From Nitrospinaceae bacterium (GTDB taxonomy: Bacteria; Nitrospinota; Nitrospinia; Nitrospinales; VA-1): DNA of 64,000 nt. The DNA lies in contig JBHHVU010000010.1 in the NCBI GenBank assembly GCA_046754465.1, positions 1 to 64,000 on the forward strand. The letters run 5' to 3'. Positions within the stretch are counted from its first letter, which is position 1; every line of letters begins with the position of its first letter. The notes below the pieces were generated by a model. The model had not been told where the DNA came from. It saw only the letters and a program-made list of their open reading frames with translations, and made no database searches. A program made the translations under genes and the position numbers. Below are positions 59,345-64,000 of the stretch, piece by piece.

Positions 59345-59798
59345 TGCCGTTCAATCCATCCTCGGAGATATCGACCCAGATATCCCTGCAGTTGCGTCGG
59401 AAATCCACTCCCAGGCAATAAAATAAGGGATGCCTGTTCGTAAAATAAATGACCGGATGAGAAAAGTATACACTCAGCCCATCGTGCTTGGCAATGGCGA
59501 TGGCCTGTTCGATGCTGACTTCCTCCCTGGCGGCCTTCCTTTGAATCTTGCGGATGACCATATAGTCCAGTTCTCCGTCTAAGTCCAAATCGTAATAAGT
59601 CGAAATCAGGCCGTTGATGCTCATCACCTCCCAACCCCGGTAGGATGGATCGTTCCAGCCGGGTTCCTTGGGGATGGAGAAACTCTTTTCACCGTTTCGT
59701 GGTGAGGAGTTTTTGAGGGATTGGCCGTTTGAGGGACCCGCCACTACGGCTGCCTGGATATAACAGATGGCAACCAAAAATAGGGTTTTTTTTCTCAT
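59298..59798 (-). CDS. Secreted hypothetical protein with DxDxDG motif
   Basis: Signal-like N-terminus; YDLDLDGELDY; EDGLNGNE. Confidence 0.75.
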   Translation of the reverse strand: MRKKTLFLVAICYIQAAVVAGPSNGQSLKNSSPRNGEKSFSIPKEPGWNDPSYRGWEVMSINGLISTYYDLDLDGELDYMVIRKIQRKAAREEVSIEQAIAIAKHDGLSVYFSHPVIYFTNRHPLFYCLGVDFRRNCRDIWVDISEDGLNGNEQLYTLSTPSLGVR

Positions 59799-60054
59799 GC
59801 AGAGGTCCTGTATAAATTTTGGCCCCCTTGAAAAATCAAGGAGGCTAAACTATCAAACTAGCATATTTCCCCAATCCTGGAAACGTTTATATGGCCCCTT
59901 GATTTGGAGAAGTCCTCCCAGGCCGCGAAATGAAGGTCAAACACGGCGGTTTGGGAAAGAGGGCGAAAAAGGGGTCGGGCCTTTTCCGGCTTACAGCGCG
60001 GGGAGCCCATGCCGTCCATGGCGCGGAGAGGGCGCGGCTTGCTGAACCGCGCTA

Positions 60055-60441
60055 TTAAGGGGAGTGGCTTTGCAGCGCGGAGGGAACATCGGGATAGAGT
60101 TGAAATACATCATGCAGCTTGGCCATTTCGAAAACCTCCTTAGGGGCTCCCTGCAGTCCAGCCAGCAGAAACCGGCCCTTGGTTTTGCCCAGTTTCTGAA
60201 AACAATGGATAAAAACGCTGATCGTGGAGCTATCCAGATAGGTCACCTTTTCCAGGTTCACCACGAATTCGTTGAACCCTCGTTGTATGTAGGCATGGAT
60301 CAGCTTTTCCACATCGCCGGAATTGTAAATATCGAGTTGTCCCTTCAGGTCGACGACGATCATGTCATTTTTATCCCAGCAGTCGATATCGATTTTTCCC
60401 ATCAGCCCAAGAATTTCCTTGTGAATTTTCTCCATGACCAT
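60055..60441 (-). CDS. STAS domain anti-sigma-factor antagonist
   Basis: LKGQLD, VVNLEKVTYLDSSTI, VFEMAKL. Confidence 0.88.
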   Translation of the reverse strand: MVMEKIHKEILGLMGKIDIDCWDKNDMIVVDLKGQLDIYNSGDVEKLIHAYIQRGFNEFVVNLEKVTYLDSSTISVFIHCFQKLGKTKGRFLLAGLQGAPKEVFEMAKLHDVFQLYPDVPSALQSHSP

Positions 60442-60745
60442 TCCTCTTTCGCGGATTCCCCCAACAGGGACCAGGTTCTCTTGTTCCAGGGGGTCCGCCA
60501 ATCAACGCGAACCTGTTTGCGGGAAGGGCCGGTTTTCCCCGGATCCTGTCCGGCGGCCCGTTGTTTGAAATTTACTCTGTCCAATCCCGCGCATACATAT
60601 AATATTTTTGTTTTAAAGAAAAGAAAATAAATCGGGAGAGGCGCCAGGCGGAAATGGGAAAACGCTTTTAAACCGATCCTGGGGGATGACCGGGCCGCCG
60701 GAGTGCCCGCTGTTTTCCGTCCTTCTTCATGCCATGAATGGTCGA

Positions 60746-61483
60746 TCAGGGGGTCTCATAAATAGTTCTTATACTTTCCTCGCTGAGTTTTTCGGGGGGA
60801 CCGTCGAAGACCAGCCGGCCCGCCTTGAGGGCCAGGATGCGTTGGGCGTATTTGCGGGCCAGTTCCGGCGAATGCAGGTTGCAAAGGATGGTGACCCCCT
60901 CTTGTTGATTGATGTTTTTGAGAATGTCCATGATGTTGCGTGCTGAGGAAGGGTCCAGGCTGGATACCGGCTCGTCGGCCAGGATCAATTGAGGTTGCTG
61001 CATGAGGGCCCGGGCGATTCCCACCCGCTGTTGTTGGCCTCCGCTGAGGGTGCGGGCGAGTTGATGCATCTTGTTCCCCAGGTCCATATCCTCGAGTTTC
61101 CGGCGGGCGAGTTCGATTTCTGAGCGGGAAAAATAATTCACCAGTCCCGCCCAGGGCGAATGGTAACCCAGACGCCCGGTCAGCACATTGGTCCGCACCA
61201 GGGCGCGGGGAACCAGGTTAAAGTGCTGGAAGATCATGCCGATTTTTCCACGGAAGGCTCGCAGCCGCCGGGGGCTGGCGCCGGTAATTTCCTGGTCCCG
61301 GAAATAAATATGGCCGGCGGTCGGCTCGACCAGACGGTTGATGCAGCGCAGAAGGGTTGATTTTCCCGATCCGCTCTTCCCCAGGACCGCGGCAAAGACG
61401 CCGTCCTCGAGGGTGAACGACACCTCTTCCAGGGCCGGAACCCCTCGAGGGAAAATCTTGGAAAGCTGTTCAACACGCAACAT
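60746..61483 (-). CDS. phnC: Phosphonate/phosphite ABC transporter ATP-binding protein
   Basis: GKSGSGKSTLLRCIN.L, IFQHFNLV.R..V..NVL.GRLG, LSGGQQQRVGIARAL, ADEPVSSLDP. Confidence 0.93.
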   Translation of the reverse strand: MLRVEQLSKIFPRGVPALEEVSFTLEDGVFAAVLGKSGSGKSTLLRCINRLVEPTAGHIYFRDQEITGASPRRLRAFRGKIGMIFQHFNLVPRALVRTNVLTGRLGYHSPWAGLVNYFSRSEIELARRKLEDMDLGNKMHQLARTLSGGQQQRVGIARALMQQPQLILADEPVSSLDPSSARNIMDILKNINQQEGVTILCNLHSPELARKYAQRILALKAGRLVFDGPPEKLSEESIRTIYETP

Positions 61484-61509
61484 GGGGTGTGGGGCTGAAA
61501 AAACTCTGG

Positions 61510-62424
61510 CTACCGCGTGGGCGGTTCCCGGTTCAGGCCAAGCAGACGGCCCGCCTCCCGGACCGGATCGAATAAGGCATCGAGGTCCACTAATCCGCTG
61601 ATGCCATAAACCCGTTTCAGGATTTTCCCGCCCTGGGGGGTTTTCGAGAGTTCTTTCAAAGCGTTTTGGATTTTCAGTTTGAGCGCCGCTGGCAGATTTT
61701 TCCGGGCGGTCACCGTATCGTTGGGAATATTCCGGGTGTAAGCGATCACCCGGATTTTATTAAAGACGCTGGGGAAACTTCTCGCGACGGCGGCCCGGGC
61801 GTCGTCGTAGGTTGCACCGCCATCGACTTCACCTTTCAAGAGAGAAAGCACCACCGCGTTGTGGGATCCCGCAAAGAGGGTTTTGGAAAAAAACGATTCC
61901 GGATTGTAGCCCCGGGAAATCAACAGAGTTTTGGGATAGAGGTGACCGGACGTGGAGGCGGGATCGACGAACGCAAAGGTTTTTCCCTTTAAATCCGCCA
62001 GCGTTTTTATCCCGCTATCGGCGCGAACCATGATCTGGCCCCGGTAAAACGGGCTCCCAAACCGGACCACGATCAAAAGCAGGTCCACCCCATACTTCTC
62101 CCGTGCCAGCACATAGCTGAACGTGGCCAGCCAGCCGATGTCCACCTTTCCCGCTCCCATGGCCTCGATCACCGCCGCGTAGCTGGTGGCTACCGAGGTT
62201 TGAAAATGCAGTCCGGTTCGGTCCTCCAGCATTCGTGCGATCTCGCGCCCTCCTTCCAGGATGACCTGGCTGTCTCCAGAAGGGACGAACATCATGCGGA
62301 CCGGGTTGCCGGGGCTGCCCAGGTCACCGGCCTGGGAATGGGAAAGGGGGAGAAGGAGTGTTAACAGGAAAAACAGCGTCCGGAAAAGCCGTGAATAAAC
62401 GGATTTTTGAATCCGTGAAGCCAT
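61510..62424 (-). CDS. phnD: Phosphate/phosphite/phosphonate ABC substrate-binding protein
   Basis: SYAAVIEAM..GKVD, LKGKTFAF.DPASTSGHLYP, FAGSH, IPND. Confidence 0.92.
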   Translation of the reverse strand: MASRIQKSVYSRLFRTLFFLLTLLLPLSHSQAGDLGSPGNPVRMMFVPSGDSQVILEGGREIARMLEDRTGLHFQTSVATSYAAVIEAMGAGKVDIGWLATFSYVLAREKYGVDLLLIVVRFGSPFYRGQIMVRADSGIKTLADLKGKTFAFVDPASTSGHLYPKTLLISRGYNPESFFSKTLFAGSHNAVVLSLLKGEVDGGATYDDARAAVARSFPSVFNKIRVIAYTRNIPNDTVTARKNLPAALKLKIQNALKELSKTPQGGKILKRVYGISGLVDLDALFDPVREAGRLLGLNREPPTR

Positions 62425-62507
62425 TGGGGGCGGAACTCCTTGAGAACGATTCGCGGTTGTCGGCTTGCCAGGGGATTATATCACGGCTTATTCGGGGGAA
62501 ATCCGGC

Positions 62508-62549
62508 AAAAAAAAGGGGCAACCCACCGAGCGGCGGATTACCCCCTTA
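62508..62549 (-). terminator. Terminator after cytochrome c gene
   Basis: Minus strand GGGGTAATCCGCC-gctc-GGTGGGTTGCCCC plus T8. Confidence 0.7.
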
Positions 62550-62565
62550 TTAAGCGTGATGCGGT

Positions 62566-63000
62566 TTATTTCACGAAAGTGGTGCGGATGTATTTGATGA
62601 CATCCCAGATTTGCTTGTCTTTCAGGGTCTTTTTGTGGGCGACCATTCCCGTTCCAGCGGAACCGTTCTTGATAACCCAGAACATTTGACCGGGGGATAC
62701 CTTCTTCATGGTTGCCGCGCAGGCAAAATTCCTCGGTTTGGGTTTCAAGGCCGCGCCTAATTTTCCACCGCCGTCCCCTTTGTCGCCATGGCACATTTTG
62801 CAAGCCATGGGTTTGGCGGTTTTGGTGTAGATTTTCTTCCCGTTGGCGGCATCGGCGGAGGCGGTTTTATCCAACTTGGCGGTACTGGCGGGAGCGGACT
62901 TGGTTTTCCTCGGCTGGGGACATTGGCCACCCGCATAGGCAGAACTCACCACAAAAAGGCTGAAAACCGCTAACATACTGATTAAAACGAATTTTCGCAT
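62566..63000 (-). CDS. Periplasmic monoheme cytochrome c
   Basis: Signal peptide (AYA), CKMCH, PKPRNF, GS.GTGM. Confidence 0.93.
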   Translation of the reverse strand: MRKFVLISMLAVFSLFVVSSAYAGGQCPQPRKTKSAPASTAKLDKTASADAANGKKIYTKTAKPMACKMCHGDKGDGGGKLGAALKPKPRNFACAATMKKVSPGQMFWVIKNGSAGTGMVAHKKTLKDKQIWDVIKYIRTTFVK

Positions 63001-63238
63001 TTAATTTTCTCCTTCCTTAAGATTTCATTCAATTAAAAGAAAAAACCCTCACTCTTTGATTCGAAACTCAAATTGTTTGGAACAAAGATTTCTTTTCCCA
63101 TTTGGCTGCGGATACGAGAATCCAGAAAAAGGTCCAATGGATAACCCGGGGATAAAAAGAGACGCCCATCTCCACCCATTGGTCCGGAAATTCAGGTGAA
63201 TAGGCCTAAAATGCGAAAATGAAAAAAAGGCGGTCAGC

Positions 63239-63266
63239 ATTATAATAAATCCCACCCACCTGTCAA
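63239..63266 (-). promoter_or_regulatory. Consensus sigma70 promoter for cytochrome c
   Basis: Minus strand TTGACA-N16-TATAAT. Confidence 0.65.
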
Positions 63267-63878
63267 TAAGAAATTCGTCCCCCACCATTTAACCTTTTGA
63301 ATATCAATGAATTTTCTTGTGGGAAAGAAGGACAGGTATCCCCTGGTGGCAAAATTTCACCAAAAAATATCCATGGAGGAGATGCGATATTTGTCTAAAT
63401 TTATCAATAGGTTAGATGGTTTTTTTGAAAAATGCCCCTTCCGCGTGGTTTTCTCCGGCGGCCCTTTTTGCTTGCGCACTTTTGTCCGTTCCAGTATAGT
63501 CAACCCATTATAAATAACATTCGATGATTTGATTTTCCTGCAACCTGGTTTGGGAATGAGGCCGCATGGGTGCTCTTGATCCTCAATCCTAAACCATTGG
63601 GGCATTTTTTGAGGAATGGGGTTCCCGGGCTCACAACCGTGAGATTATTTGTTTGATTCCAAAAAGGGGGCCTTGCATCCGATAAAATCGCTAATTTATC
63701 TACAGCACCCCAAATTACTAACTCCAATTCACATTGAATTTGATTTTTGACCGATGGTTCTACCAAGGGAGATTTTTTGCCTGTTGATAAAAACCAAGGA
63801 ATTTCATTTCATAAAATGATTTCTTCCAAGAAAATCGTCTCCTGAATTGGTTTGGAGATATTGAAGAGGAGGTGAATT

Positions 63879-64000
63879 ATGCCCTTTTCTATAGAGAGCC
63901 GTGGAAGAACTGGCAATGGCACCAAACCCAAATACCTCACGAAACTCGATCAGATTCCCGAGTTGAGCGAGGAGGAAAGGTCACAACTTCAAAAGGTTAA
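63879..64000 (+). CDS. 5' fragment of probable KamA-family radical SAM protein (runs off window)
   Basis: RBS GAGGAGGT; PKYLTKLDQIPELSEEERSQLQKV matches recalled KamA-family N-termini. Confidence 0.6.
   Translation, partial: MPFSIESRGRTGNGTKPKYLTKLDQIPELSEEERSQLQKV

Noticed and set aside
63540..63700. Lysine riboswitch upstream of the KamA-like gene
   Set aside because: The conserved AGAGG..AGTA..GCCGAA..CTGTC..GAGCGCT elements are not present

Overview
Chromosomal window from a flagellated bacterium, most likely a Nitrospinota (Nitrospina-like) nitrite oxidiser. This is inferred from an NxrC-like c-heme/heme-b protein, the cytochrome c type and the overall gene set; no rRNA marker is present. 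From left to right it holds: (1) tRNA-Lys(CTT), a 1-Cys peroxiredoxin, envelope genes, hisAF and an LD-carboxypeptidase; (2) a sigma28-driven array of four short flagellins with a fifth, heavily degenerate flagellin-derived ORF, flanked by sugar-modification genes; (3) a GldAFG/DUF4340 ABC system; (4) a tandem-NrdR-box promoter followed by an unknown ORF, dut, a macro-domain gene, Nfu, LOG and dGTPase; (5) HDOD/histidine kinase signalling, an aminotransferase and serA; (6) a ~19 kb locus (38.8-57.6 kb) that is the best candidate for an undescribed system; (7) an NxrC-like gene, STAS, phnDC without a permease, cytochrome c and the 5' end of a KamA-family gene. The candidate locus has eight DUF1566 (Lcl-C, C-type-lectin-like fold) genes, mostly cytoplasmic. 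It also has NHL, TPR and LRR scaffolds with poly-acidic tails, a parvulin fusion, a B12 radical SAM enzyme and a SAM methyltransferase. No CRISPR array, transposase, integrase, reverse transcriptase or prophage gene was seen. Family calls come from motif recognition only; no searches were run.
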